A stretch of 64,000 bases of DNA from Octopus bimaculoides (GCF_001194135.2 NC_068984.1:87669820-87733819); one strand, 5' to 3'; positions 25,212 through 38,626 are shown, counted from the stretch's first letter. The notes: generated by a model not told the origin, from the letters alone. Made by a program: numbers and translations.

Positions 25212-27850
25212 ATCATCATCATCATTATCATTGTCATCATTTAATGTCTGCTTTCCATACTCACATGGGCTGGATGGTTTGACTGAGAACTGGTAAACTG
25301 GGAGGCTGCACCAGGCCCCAGTCTGATCTGGCAAGGTTCCTACAGCTGGATGCCCTTCCTAGCACTACTTTGGGAGTGTGGTGGGTGCGTTTTATGTGCC
25401 ACTGGTATAGGTGCCAGTCAGACAGCACTGGCATCAGCCAAGCTTGAATGGTGCGTTTTACATGTTACCGGCATAGGTGCCACTGGTATTGGCATTGGCC
25501 ATGCTCAAATGTTGCTTTTTACATGACACCAGCACTGACATCGATTTCACTCAGTTCAACAGATCTTCACAAGCATGGCGTATCACCTGATGATTGGAGG
25601 GTGCTTTTAAACAGGCCAGTTATGCAACACTGGCATCGGCCATGATTACAATCCCACTTGGCTTGCCAGGTCTTCTCAAGCACAGCATATCTCCAAAGGC
25701 CTTGGTTGCTTGTTATTGCCTCTGTGAGCCCCAATGTTCAAAGGTTGTGCTTCACCACCTCATCTCATGTCTTTCTGGATCTACCTCTTCCACAGGTTCT
25801 CTCCACTGTTAGGGTGTGACACTTCTTCACACAGCTGTCCTCATCCATATGCATCACATGATCATACCAGTGCAGTCATCTGTCTTACACACCACATCTG
25901 ATGCTTCTTATGTCCGACTTTTCTCTCAAAGCGCTTATACTCTGTTGTGCATGCACACTGACATTACACACCCAGCGGAGCATACTAGCTTCATTTCTTT
26001 CAAATCTACACATGTCTTCAGCAGTTATAGGCCATGTTTCACAGCCATGTAGCATGAATGTTCACACACAGGCATCATACTGTCTAGCTTTCACTTTCAG
26101 TGAGAGGCCCTTTGTTACCAGTAGAGGTAGGAGCTCTCTGAACTTTGCCCAGCCTGTTCTTATTCTAGCAGCTATGGTCCCAGAGTATCCACCCCAACAA
26201 CTGATTTGGTCACCTAGATAATGGAAGCTATCTACTACCTCAAGCTTGCCATGACATGTGATAGAATCTGTTTTCTGTAAATTTTTGGTGTTTATTGCAC
26301 CTGTGCATCTTCTGCTCACAAAAACTATTTTCCCAGTTAGCCTTCCTTTGATATTACTGCACTTCTTATGTGTCCATAGCTTACACCAGGTATATCTTAT
26401 GGAGTTTCTACCTATGCCTTTTCTGCAAGGTACTGTCAATTTGGATAGCTGGTCCCTCTGTTGGGTTGACATTTGGCAGACTCTCTTTCTCCCATTCATT
26501 CTCTTTCTTTAGCAACCTTTCATAGTGGCATCTCCAAGTCTCTCTCTTTGTAGCATCATTAAAGGCAAGTGAGCCATCATCTATGTGGACACATTTCTCT
26601 CCTATGACATCGTGATTTTCTCTCTCTCACAATCTTGCAATTCAAAACATAAGTCTCTGGTCCTCATGATGCAGAACATTGGCAAATTTTTTCTTATCTA
26701 TTTCTCTTCTGGCTAAGTAAACCTGTCTCTTAGCTTCCCTTTTGGCTATCTAATACCCTGCTACCACCACACTTCCAATCCTTCCATTCCTGTTGCTTTT
26801 CCTTAATGGCCTTGTCAACTACACTGTTCCACCACCATGTCACCTTAGGTCGAGAGGGGACTTTGCACCAGCTACAAATCTGGTCAGTAGCCCTCAACAG
26901 GTTGTCCCACAGGAACCTCAAGTTGTCTTCCGCATTATGTGATGCTATATCCTCCTTGCTTTCGTCAAAAACTTCAAGTAATACATCTCTAAATCTTTGT
27001 TCATTCAGAGGATTCTTAAGTTGCCAGATCCTTCTTTTCCACACTGGTCGTCTTCTGGACAGCATTTAGCCCTGATCCTGAAGTCACTAACTACTAAACT
27101 ATGTTGTGGGTGCATACTTCACCAGGGAAAGTTTTGGCATTTATAAGTAACCATCTTTCTCATTTCCCAGTGAAACTGTAGTCAATTTGACTGGTGTACC
27201 CACTAGACTGGTAGATGAACAGATGACTGGCAAGTTTCCTGAAGTTATTACAGATCATAAGATCATTTGCATCACAGAATTCCAGTAGCCTGGTTCCTTC
27301 ATTATGGGAACCAAATCTGTGGCCACCATGCACACCATAGAAGCTCCCTGGATGTTGTCTAACATGCCTGCCACAAAGAAAAGGTCTCTGTCATTCGTTG
27401 ATGAGGTAGTCTGCAACATTGTGTCATAAAATCAGTTTTTCTGTTCATCAGGTTGTCCTGGCTGAAGGGCATAGGCTGAGATAATGGTTGCTTGCAGCAC
27501 TAGCCTAACCTTAAGTATTCTATCACAGACTCTGACTACCTCAATTACCTAATCAACCCATTTCTCAGCAAAGTGTATACTCCACCCCCACCCCATCACT
27601 GTTCCTTACCCAGAAAATCTTATACCTATGTTCTTTGCCTGCAAGGAACCTAGCAGAACTTCCTTTCCACCTTACCTCCTGGATGCAACACAAATCTACA
27701 CACTTCCATTCAAGCATCTCAACAATCTCACCAGACATACCTTTCAATGTGCCAACTCTGAGGGTGTGAAATGTGTGGGCTAGCAAGACCCTGGGATGGG
27801 GGACAGCAGCATTGTGCATCTCAAAAGAAAGCTTGCATGTGCATTAAGCA
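25212..27850 (-). mobile_element. Near full-length RTE-clade LINE (copy 1) with RT core deleted; 5' UTR possibly extends to ~28130
   Basis: APE N-terminus LRVGTLKGMSGEIVEMLEWKCVDLCCIQEVRWKG, linker TWWWNSVVDKAIKEK, C-terminal LEVVDSFHYLGD...WAKFRELLPLLVTKGLS, and a (TGA)n tail at 25212-25240. Confidence 0.92.
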
Positions 27851-28562
27851 GACATTGTAAACATACAAATAGGCTTCAACCTGCATACACTTCATCATTA
27901 TAATTGCTTTAACAGGAGATAGACACTAGACAGGGATGGAGGGGAAGGGAGGGGGGAAAGCGTTGCATATAGGTAACCATTAGATGTGCTCAGGAGAAGG
28001 ACATCTCGTAGAGGTTACAGAAGAAAAACTTCCGGTATAGGTGGTGGGAGTGGGTTAGCAAGGTGCACCAAGAATGGCAAAACATTATGACTGCCCTATT
28101 CCCTAGCTGAAGCTGATGTGAGCCACTAATTAACAATCAACATAGGAAAGCAAGTGGGTAACAAAACTGAGAGAGAGAGAGAGAGAGAGCGGTGACATTT
28201 TTGAGAATTAGGGCTACAGTCAAGGAAAGAATGGAACATTTGGATAAGAGAGCGGGTAACAAAACAAAACAAATGAAGAGATGGAATTTTCGAGATTTAG
28301 AGCAAGAGTAAACAGAATTGAACAATTGGATTTCTTAACTTTGCAATAACATACTGCTAAATAGATAGCTGAATGAATAACAATAATAATTATAATGATA
28401 TATATATATATAAATCATTATATATTGTAAATTATTATATATTTAATGTTTGTTTTCCATGTTGGCATGCATTGGACTGTAAATCTGAAATGCCAGCATT
28501 AGTTGTACTCCTATGAATCAGAAATGACCATAGTGTTCAAAGTCTCCATTTTTGTTTCCTCT

Positions 28563-28661
28563 TCATTCTCCTTCAAATGTTTCTAAACCAGTATTCAATG
28601 CTGGGTACCATGAGCTGTTGTCAGCTTTTACTAGTAATACTTGAATGCGATTTTCTTCTAC
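28563..28661 (-). CDS. Terminal exon of a CS/p23-like domain gene (VEENRIQVLLVKADNSSWYPALNTGLETFEGE*)
   Basis: Acceptor ttctatttttag, phase 0, 32 codons then TGA. ATTAAA lies ~120 nt downstream. It joins in frame to exon 38627-38738. Confidence 0.78.
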   Translation of the reverse strand, partial: VEENRIQVLLVKADNSSWYPALNTGLETFEGE

Positions 28662-29566
28662 CTAAAAATAGAATTTTAAAACAAATGACATTAAAAAAAA
28701 TATTGTGTATCAAAAATGATAAACAATATGGATTACTTATTTTCTTAGTTTTGATATAATGCCAACAATAGTGAACATATATTAAACTTCAACAATAAGA
28801 AATAGAAGAAAATAATTTACTGTACAGGTTAGTAGCATACAAAGAAGCTATGTATAAGGAATTACATTGAAATATGTAGACTGTTGAAATGATAGGTAGT
28901 GAAAATATGTGGTAAGAGGTGGGAATCTTGGCTGTAGCAAGTAAATAAATACAAGCAGCAGAGCTAATTATAGTAAAATATATATCAAAAGTTAAAGTAA
29001 GAAATAGCAAAGAGAAAATGTCTTACTATATTATTAAGAGGGGAAAACGCCTGTAGATGTAGCCTGCTAAAGTCCAGTCATTGAGGTTAGTAGTCTCTAA
29101 ATAATTGGTGCTTAATCTGCAAAAAGTAACAGTTAAATCTATCTCACATCATGCCCTACTCTCTTAAATAAATAAGGATACATTGGATAATGCAGGCCCT
29201 GATAGTATGGTCATGTCTGGAACATCCTTAATCATAGTCATGTATGACCAAGACTGACCTAAACATCAACAATAAATCATAGAAAATTATAGCTCTATAT
29301 GTTGTATACATAGAAAGTTTTATGGAAAGTTTAATTTATAGATATGCTAAAAGAGTAAATTTGTTGCATAACAAGTGGAATATTTCTATAAAAACAGTGT
29401 AGAAATGGTAATTATGATTGAGAATTAAAGATTAAATACCTTTCTATTTCTGATTTTCAATAGTTGTTCTACACAACTTTTATTATTATAGTAAAAAAAT
29501 TTCACTGAGTTACTTAGACATCATCTTCATGAAAAACAATAATTAAGTTAGTGTTAGCCTATTTAA

Positions 29567-30115
29567 CTCTCTAGCATTTAAACTGGTCATATCCAACCCA
29601 AATATACCTGCTTTATGTACAGACTGACCATATTCAGCCTCTCACACATACCGTACACTGTAATTCTAAAAACAAACAAGCACGCCATTGAAACCTCAGC
29701 ACAAAATGATACTCTCTTTTACTTGTTTCAGTCATTTGACTGCTGCCATGCTGGAGCACCACCTTTAGTCGAGCAAATCGACCCCAAGACTTATTCTTTG
29801 GAAGCCTAGTACTTATTCTATTGGTCTCTTTTTGCCGAACCGATAAGTTACGGGGACATAAACACACCAGCATCGGTTGTCAAGCGATGGTGGGGGGACA
29901 AACACACACACACATATATACGACGGGCTTCTTTCAGTTTCTATCTACCAAATCCACTCACAAGGCTTTGGTCGGCCCGAGGCTATAGTAGAAGATACTT
30001 GCCCAAAGTGCCACACAGAGGGACTGAACCCGGAACCATGTGGTTGGTAAGCAAGCTACTTACCACACAGCCACTCAATGTGAATAAATTAGCATTGCAT
30101 TTGACAGTTATTATC
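29567..30115. mobile_element. TTAA/CCCTT-type (piggyBac-like) MITE interrupted by a SINE
   Basis: ttaa|ctctctagcatttaaactggtcatatcc... matches 48512-48731 and resumes after the SINE as aatgtgaataaattagcattgcatttgacag. Confidence 0.55.
29712..30076 (-). mobile_element. SINE family A, young
   Basis: Nearly complete reverse-complement copy of the family consensus. Confidence 0.88.
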
Positions 30116-30974
30116 ATAACTTTTATTATCACAAAGATCAGTAAAATTGACAGATAGTGATCAGGGGCACTTAAACCACTTCAACTTAGTTCAAACCAAC
30201 AAAGAGCCTCTTTATCATTCAGCCTATTGCAAACAGCCTTGCATTTCAAATAAGCAAAGACCACATTAGTCATGAGCCAGCTGAAAATAGCAGCCAAATA
30301 TCTCTAAAATTACAACTTTGCATCTTAAATAAGGAAACAACATATTGGATAATGAAGTTCTATACATTCCAATAAAAAAGGCAGGATGATCATGACTGGA
30401 ATACCTTTGATAACAAGTTTGCTTGAGCAAAGACGACCTGGGGTTAAATAACAATGACTTAGTTTTTTTGTTTGTTTTCATGGATCAACGAAGAGAAAGA
30501 AGTGACATGCATAGCGTCCATGGCCCTCCTAGACCATCTCTGGGATTAGTGAGGTTATATTTAGTAGTATTTAGTACCAACATACAAATGCAGCAAAAAA
30601 AAAAAAAAAAGATGAGTGGAGTAAACTCCCGACTGTTGATGTTCTGCAAAAGGAGAGAGTAAGTATAATGGTTAATGAGGAGAGCCTAAGTGATAAAAAG
30701 AATAGAGATAACTGAAGTGGAAAGAAATGGGTGGAGGTGATATAGTGACATACAACATTCTAGCTCTAACAAACAGAGATTAGTGTACTATCTGTCACAG
30801 TAAATTTAATTAAAGCCAAACTACAAAGTTTTTATTTTTATGTTAAGTTAGAATGATTTTTATTAATAGAACATTCATTAGTATTGTGAAGTTGCTGTTT
30901 TGTTATTCAATGTCAGGTCAACTCTGATCAAGTAGAAATATGATCAAATGCAGTCCAGTCATAAACATCCAGAT

Positions 30975-31113
30975 NNNNNNNNNNNNNNNNNNNNNNNNNN
31001 NNNNNNNNNNNNNNNNNNNNNNNNNNNNNNNNNNNNNNNNNNNNNNNNNNNNNNNNNNNNNNNNNNNNNNNNNNNNNNNNNNNNNNNNNNNNNNNNNNNN
31101 NNNNNNNNNNNNN
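30975..31113. other. Assembly gap (139 N)
   Basis: N run. Confidence 1.
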
Positions 31114-31150
31114 ATTGAAATATAAATAAATAAGGTAAGACTTTGAAATA

Positions 31151-31195
<45 letters not shown>

Positions 31196-31997
31196 GGACA
31201 CAGATACAGTTGTGTAATTTAGAAGTTTGCATTTATACATGGTGTCAAGTTCAACTTTACTGCGCAGCACCTTGGGTAGGTATTTTCTACTTTGGTCTTG
31301 TGTTAACCAATATTTTGTAAGTAGAATCAGGTAGATGGAAACTGTGAAGAAGCCTGATATGTGTGTGTGTGTTTTGTACACTCCTCTCCACCTCCACCCC
31401 CAGCCTCCTTACTCAGATGGATAAATAGGTAGGTGGGTAGTTAGAGACATAGGTATGTGTTCGTATGTGTTTAGACAGTTTCAATGCCAGTGTCTCTTTT
31501 ATGTTCTGTTCCTTTTAAGTCTCATAATATCTCTGTTCAATAAATACAGATCAACGCTATTATGTTAATCAGATTGAAATGGAAACAAGAGTGGGGTGGG
31601 GTTGTGTTGATATCATCAGCTAAAAGCCCTCGAAGAGGTGTCCCAGCATTGCTGCAGTTCAACAACTACAAGAATAATCTAATAGTATATTTTGACAGAC
31701 ACATTTCTAAACAAGAAGAGATTGGCTCTTGGTTAAGTTATAACAGAATCATCATCATCATCATCATCATCATCGTTTAACGTCCACTTTCCATGCTAGC
31801 ATGGGTTGGACAATAAAGTTCAGTATTGGAATAAGCGTGCAGGCATTGATCTGTGACTCAGTTCACTTTGCAGTCATTTGTAGTTCTAGGTTCAATTTCA
31901 TGGCATGCCATTTTGGCAAAATGCCTTATTCCATAGCCTCAGATTGACCAATTTTTGAGAGTGAAATGCAGTTGACAGTAATCAAGCAGATGTCTAT

Positions 31998-32039
<42 letters not shown>

Positions 32040-32454
32040 CTTGTATTTAAGTTCATAAAAACGAAGTAAATCTACAACGGGCTCTGAGGAAGCTAGAGGT
32101 AGATGAGTGGCTTGTGAAAGCCATGCAAGCCATGTCTCTGTAAAGAGATATGACTCTGGTAAACTTGGTGAATTGAAAATAAAATTTTATAAAATGAATG
32201 TAATAAAATGATATAATTAGCAGTGTGTTGATAAGCCACAGTCAACTGACTGCATTAAGAGAACAATAAAAGAATAAAACAGTATATTAAATGAAAACCT
32301 GAATATACATAAAGGAAATTAAAAACAAAACAACCATCTCTCTGGATACATAATTGACATTTGTTTTATTTTGCTTTTCTGTTCTGTAATTCATACATCT
32401 CTATAGGTTTCAAACAAAAATACATATTCAGGCTGAAAACTTTTTCTTCTTCTT

Positions 32455-32485
<31 letters not shown>

Positions 32486-32773
32486 TATATTATCATCACC
32501 ACCGTCATCATTGTCGTTGTTGTCATCATTCATGTCTAATTTCTTTTCCATTCTAACTTGGTTAGACACATCATCAGTCCAAATCATTTTGAACACATAC
32601 ATAACAGAAAAAAATGGATAACTTTAGCGTTATGTATGTCTTAAAGGAAATTTTATCATGCCACTGACATTATAGAAGTTGTTTCATTGAGTGGGGTGGT
32701 AGAACTGAAAAGTTTTTATCTGCTGTGAATCAGATCTTATTCGGAGTTACTGCTCTTCTAGATGAGTTAGTTA

Positions 32774-33144
32774 GTTGGCACTCCGTCGCTTACGACGTCG
32801 AGGGTTCCAGTTGTTCTGACCAACGGAACAGCCTGCTCGTGAAATTAACGTGCAAGTGGCTGAGCACTCCACAGACATGTGTACCCTTAACATAGTTCTC
32901 GGGGTTATTCAGCGTGACAAGGCTGGCCCTTTGAATTACAGGCACAACAGAAACAGGAAGTAAGAGTGAGAAAAAGTTGTGGTGAAAGAGTACAGCAGGG
33001 TTCGCCACCATCCCCTGCCAGAGCCTCGTGGATCTTTAGGTGTTTTCGCTCAATAAACACTCACAACGCCCGGTCTGGGAATCGAAACCATGATCCTATG
33101 ACCGTGAGTCCGCTGCCCTAACCACTGGGCCATTGCGCCTCCAC
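32774..33144 (-). mobile_element. SINE family B, full length, 11-bp TSD
   Basis: Head gtggaggcgcaatggcccagtggttagggcagcggac...ggtttcgattccc with A/B boxes; TSD tctagatgagt at 32757-32767 and 33145-33155. Confidence 0.9.
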
Positions 33145-33548
33145 TCTAGATGAGTAACATATGCAATATGTTTCCCTCAATTATTCCAGTTTTGGCATTG
33201 TTTTATACAGGTGAATTCCCTTTGTATTACTTATCACTTTACAGAATTCACTCAGGGCATTTTATCATATTAGAAACAGTAGAAAAATTATCCCATGTTA
33301 GAACTAAGGTGTTTCCTTTACTCTGTATCAACTGTTTATTACTACTGCTCTTGTAGACAGGTAGCATGTGAAGCGTCTTGCAGAACTTATGTCTCATTCA
33401 TAGATTCCATTTTTGGTATGGTTTCTATGAACGAGTACACTTTCAAGTACTACTTCACAACATGATGGCATGACTATTAATAAAACTGAAAGAAAAGAAT
33501 AAAGTAGACTTTTAGATGATAGCCAAATCTTTTGGGATTAGCCTGAAA

Positions 33549-33905
33549 GTTGGCACTCCGTCTGTTATGATGTCGAGGGTTCCAGCTGATCCGATCAACG
33601 GAACAGGCTGCTTGTGAAATTAATGTGCAAATGGCTGAGCACTCCACTTCTCGGGAATATTCAGCGTGACACAGTGTGACAAGGCTGGCCCTTTGAAATA
33701 CAGGTACAACAGAAACAGGAAGAAAGAGTGAGAGAAAGTTGTGGTGAAAGAGTACAGCAGTGTTCACCACCATCCCTGCCGGAGTCTCGTGGAGCTTTAG
33801 GTGTTTTCGCTCAATAAACACTCACAACGCCCGGCCTGGGAATCGAAACCACGATCTTATGACTGCGAGTCCACTGCCCTAACCACTGGGCCACTGTGCC
33901 TCCAC
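33549..33905 (-). mobile_element. SINE family B, 11-bp TSD
   Basis: Near-identical to 32774-33144 with a short internal deletion; TSD agcctgaaagt at 33540-33550 and 33906-33916. Confidence 0.9.
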
Positions 33906-34083
33906 AGCCTGAAAGTAAGGAATTAATTTAAAAAAAAAAATTCTAATAAAAAGAACATGCCCAAAGACCATACACAGGACAAAACGTTCTTTAGTAATGA
34001 TTGCTTTCTTGGTTTCTTCCCAACAAGTTATCTGCCAGGTTAGTCAAACTTTTGCATCATGTAAGCAGTTAGCTACGTTAGAC

Positions 34084-34209
34084 AATACACAAAACGTGTT
34101 AAAGAATATATACAGTGTGCTAAAGAAAATACACAATGTGTTATAGAATATATACACTGTGTTGGAGTATATGTATATTGTGTTGGAGAGTGCAAAATGT
34201 TTCTCGAAG
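34084..34209. repeat. Degenerate 21-bp minisatellite, 6 units
   Basis: Units such as aatatatacagtgtgctaaag, aatatatacactgtgttggag and tatatgtatattgtgttggag with an exact 21-nt period. Confidence 0.7.
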
Positions 34210-34650
34210 ACAGTGATGGAACTGGGTCTTAGGAATTAAGGGTAAGATCTGTGAAGCTTGGTTTAGAAGGGAAGGTTAAATACTATAAGCTCTTCACCCA
34301 AGCTGAAAAGCAGGTGAATACTGTACCACTGCATATCCTACTTCATTTCTGTCCTTGATTAGAGTGTATAGTTACTGTGTTGGAGAATGAACATTATATG
34401 CTGAAGATTATATATCTAAACTCTGTTGGTAAAGGTGCAATATTCATTCCAATTGAAAAATTCCTGAATCTATGTTACGGCCCACTGCTTTGGAATTTTT
34501 CCATGCCTAGTCTCCTTCACAAAATTATATCATTCAAAAAACATTTTCCTCCATAAATAAACCTCGTAGGTTGTTAATGTTGCGCTAGATTTTAACTTTG
34601 TCCACAGCTTTTTTTAGTGAATAAACCAGCCGTTATAAACATGGGAGAGA

Positions 34651-35570
34651 TAGTTGGTTCCGTAGAATTATACATTGATAAAAAATGTACGTATGATTAT
34701 GTGCAGCTTCTTGCATGTACAGATTGTTGATGCACAAATCATATCAGTGTTAGTATGTACCTAATATGCAAACATACTCACAGAAAAAATAACTATATCA
34801 ATATATTAATGGCACAGCTGAAATCTATAAATGAGATGCTAGATTTCAGCTGCTAAAGCACAGCTGAAATCTATAAATGAGATGCTAGTCAGTGTTTTCT
34901 GGTACAAACATTTATTAATCTCTTAAACTTTGAATTATTGACATCTAGACACCTTCAGAATTACCCTACATCTTTTTAAGAGAAATAGTTTGCTACACAG
35001 CAATTCTCGTTAGGAATGCTATATCAAATAGTTTCAAAATAACAGTACAAATGATGCTCATGGAGCTTGGACAACAAAACAGCCATTTATTCAAACATTG
35101 TAAGGAAGAATTTTTTAATATCTTGAAAGGTAATGTTGTTTCTATTATAGAAGGTACTGAAGCTATCAAACAGTGCAAACATTTCTTTTGTGTTGTGATG
35201 TAGGTGCATTACTAGAAGCTAAGACACACACCATTGTGGCATAGAAAAACAGGATCAAATTTGTAAGGAAACTAAAGTGAAGTAACGTACACAGGTTTTA
35301 AGTCCCTAGTATTTCAGGGAGACGAGAGGATAGAAGGATTATAGCAAAATGCAAAACTGCTGCTATGAATATTGCAAATCCTAAATATTGTAAATGTAGT
35401 GTATAGTGCCATTAGTATATTGATATAGTTATTTTTACTGTGAGTATGTTTGCATATTAGGTACATACTAACACTGATATGATTTGTGCATCAACAATCT
35501 GTACATGCAAGAAGCTGCACATAATCATATGGACATTTTTTATCAATGTATAATTCTACGGAACGAACTA
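34651..35570. mobile_element. 920-bp non-autonomous DNA element with 165-bp TIRs (TAG...CTA termini)
   Basis: 34651-34815 versus the reverse complement of 35406-35570: 5 mismatches in 165 nt by hand. Flanks are gaga and gaca. No coding remnant recognised inside. Confidence 0.85.
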
Positions 35571-38500
35571 GACAAGGGAAATAACTCTTTTCCTTACATT
35601 AAGTTACTGTTATTGAAAAGGAGTAGCTATTTCGTTTTGTTTATGAAGAATTTCATAATTTATCACATAAACTAGAGAATTTCGTTCTCACACAACAATA
35701 AATTTTAGTAATGAGAAAAATAATCTGAAAGAGGGGAAAAAATGAATGGCATTTTTATTAAGATAGATATTACTTCCAGAGATAGTTGTGAGCATGACAA
35801 TGCATGGATAAACTCTGTATGATACAAGACAAGACAATAATCGGAAGATTCCCTTAATTTATAGCAGTTAAAATTAGTTTTCCTACAGGAAATGTTGAAC
35901 CTTCATTTTATCTATCATTTTGTAATTTGTTGAAGCACCTGTTTTATATTTTTGTGATATATTCACATCATAACATGATGCCTTGTTAGCTCTGCTGCTT
36001 GAATTAATATAATTTTCTTTATCCCTTTTTTTTTTTGTTCTCTAAAGTTATTCCATCACTGTCTATTCTGTTTTCTAAATGTCTTTCTAAATCAAAATCG
36101 TGAATATTTTGACAGCTTACAATTGATACCTTTAATTATAATGCCAAACATGTTGGTGAGAGTAAGAGAAGTTTCAGTCACCAGGCAGGTAACTTTGACA
36201 AGATCCATTCTCATCCTAATTACAGCTGAAGACTTCACTGTCAAAGCTAATGATTTCTTTTCTCAAAGGGCAAGAAATCACTTGTGAGTTATATAGATCT
36301 CAAGTGTATAAATCTACGCATTATCTTTCTTGAACATAGCAAGCATAAGTTTCATATTTTAACTCTTTGTTCCAAAATAATGGCTGATATAGCTGCCGCT
36401 ATTTGAATATACTTTAGTACTAGTAAATCTGCCTCTAAATACATCTGACTGGTAGAACTGTTATTGTGTTGAATGGGCTGTCTTGCAGTATCTAGTCCAG
36501 CCCTTCATGCTCTGAGCTGAAATCCCACTGTGGTTCACTTTGGTGATAAACTTCTGACTACTAACCAGTTTAAAACTACCAGTTGAACTTTAGATGCCTT
36601 TAGTTGAATCATCCAATTTGTTACAAGCATTTCAGTTGGGTTTTCATTTTGAGGATATTTTTCTTCCTCCCATCTACTGGTTGGAGGGAGGGGGAGGACA
36701 TCCTCAATAGAGGCCCTAAAAAGCTTCATGGGCATTGTCCTTTCAGTTAATTGAGTGATAATAAATAAGTAATAAAATAAAAAGAAAACTCATTTAACAC
36801 TGAACAAACGCTGACATTTTACTTTGGTCACAGCATTACGTCTTCATGGAAAATAACCTGGCAATTATACATTTTAACATAACCTAAACTGTATTACAAA
36901 TGCTGCTTCTCTCTAAAATACTTTGGCCTGAAAATCTGTTAATTCTACCCACAATTGAGCAATTGCTCACAACTGAAATGATGTAAGCATCACACTCATG
37001 TCCATTACAGATTATGTTGTAAAGAAAACTATGTAAACTACACTAAACTTAAATGACAAAGAATTTCAGGTTTGCCTGTCTCCTTACTTTTATTGCTGCC
37101 ATAAAAGTACTCAGCCACTTGTGCATTTATTCAGTGAGGAGGTAACTCAGTTAATTCAACAACTCATCACTGAAACTGACAGAGATGAATTGTTAAGTAG
37201 TTTCACAAAATTTTTATTGATTCTTTTTTCACGAACTAAAACCACTAATTTTTACCTTTCGAAATAGTGTGGCATGAAGTGGATGCGAAACACATCTCCT
37301 CTAGATGGTAATACCAAACTATCAAAGGTAACTTTCCCAGAAGCTCTGGCACATAGTCTAAACAACCAAATGAATTGAGATAATATAGAATAAAATATCC
37401 TGGCCAGAAACAATAAACCTGTTCAACAGCAGTTTCATGCTAATATTTGCATTAATGTTATACAATTATACAATAAAACATAAGCTTCAAGATCCTGTTT
37501 TCATAATTCATTGATGAAAACTTTGCTCCTCCTCTTCCTCTGCTTTGCCACCATCATAATATTTTTTTACATGCACTTTCCATGTTAGTATGAGCTGGAT
37601 GGTTTGACAGGATCCACTGGGTTGGAGGGCTATGTATATCACACCAATGTTTTAATTTTGAAAGGCTTCTGTTGCTGGATGTTCTTCCTAATACAAACAC
37701 TTTACAAAGTGTACTGGGTGCATAAGCACTAGTGAGATTATAACTGACAAGACCAAAAAGCCATCCACTTTACAGAGTGTACTGGAATGCTTTTTTGTGA
37801 CACCAGTAGTGCTAATGTAGTTTATCTTGTCACTCAAAAGACGAAAGAATCTCTATGAGTGAAGGAGTGAATAGGAGAGAGAATAGGTGAGGTGTTGAGA
37901 AGTATTATAGAAGGAACATAATCTATATAAAATATAATATTATTATATTATTGCCATTTCATGCTATACTGGGTCATCTTTGGTTGATTTCACTAGCATG
38001 TCAGTTTTGCTGGGTGAAGAAGTTATCAGCCCCTTGCTCGAACATTTGCTATTTCTGAAGACGGATATTGTGAGTGCTCTCCCACAGCTCTTCTCATGGT
38101 GCAATATAGATGATTCTAAAAGAGAAAGAGAGAGAGGAGGGGGGCAGGTTGGCAGGCAGAGGAAATTGACTTTATTTACTACTTCTAAAAGGATGAAAAG
38201 GCAAAGTTCACCACAATATGGTTTGAAATCACACTGCAGACTATGGAAACAAATACTGGCAAAATATTTTATTCAATGTTCTAATAACTCAACTAATTCA
38301 CTACTTTAACCTCTTTATAAAGTATTCTTTTAACATAAAACAATCCAATGATTATATCTATCAAAGTTTGGTACAAACTATGTAAGGTAAGCATGTATAA
38401 TTTCAAAATTTAAATAAATGTAATTAACAGTATTTTTGCAGCACAATAACAACTGTTTTATTTATTCATGCACTTCTGTTTATATCACTTAAAATACAAA

Positions 38501-38626
38501 GTTCCATGTTAAAATTTAACGTAAAGTGACATGTAGCAAAAAACTGAAGGGGAGAATTAATTGAATAACCTCAACAGAGAAAACTTGGTGCAAATCAGTA
38601 ATTGTCTTAAAAAAATATTTATTTAC

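Noticed and set aside
32520-32580. CTGATGA...GAAA with a small hairpin on the minus strand
   Set aside because: Stem II does not close on the core, and there is no stem I/III or NUH site; not a hammerhead.
33060-33144. tRNA-like sequences with A/B boxes (also the heads of SINE families A, C and D)
   Set aside because: They are 5' heads of SINEs that continue into non-tRNA bodies; no complete cloverleaf was established.
37256-37357. 102-nt AG..GT-bounded segment on the minus strand; one frame ends HYFE-R, which resembles the CS-domain junction
   Set aside because: It lies downstream of the exon it would have to precede, its phase-0 reading hits a stop, and exon 45746-45869 already supplies the expected sequence.
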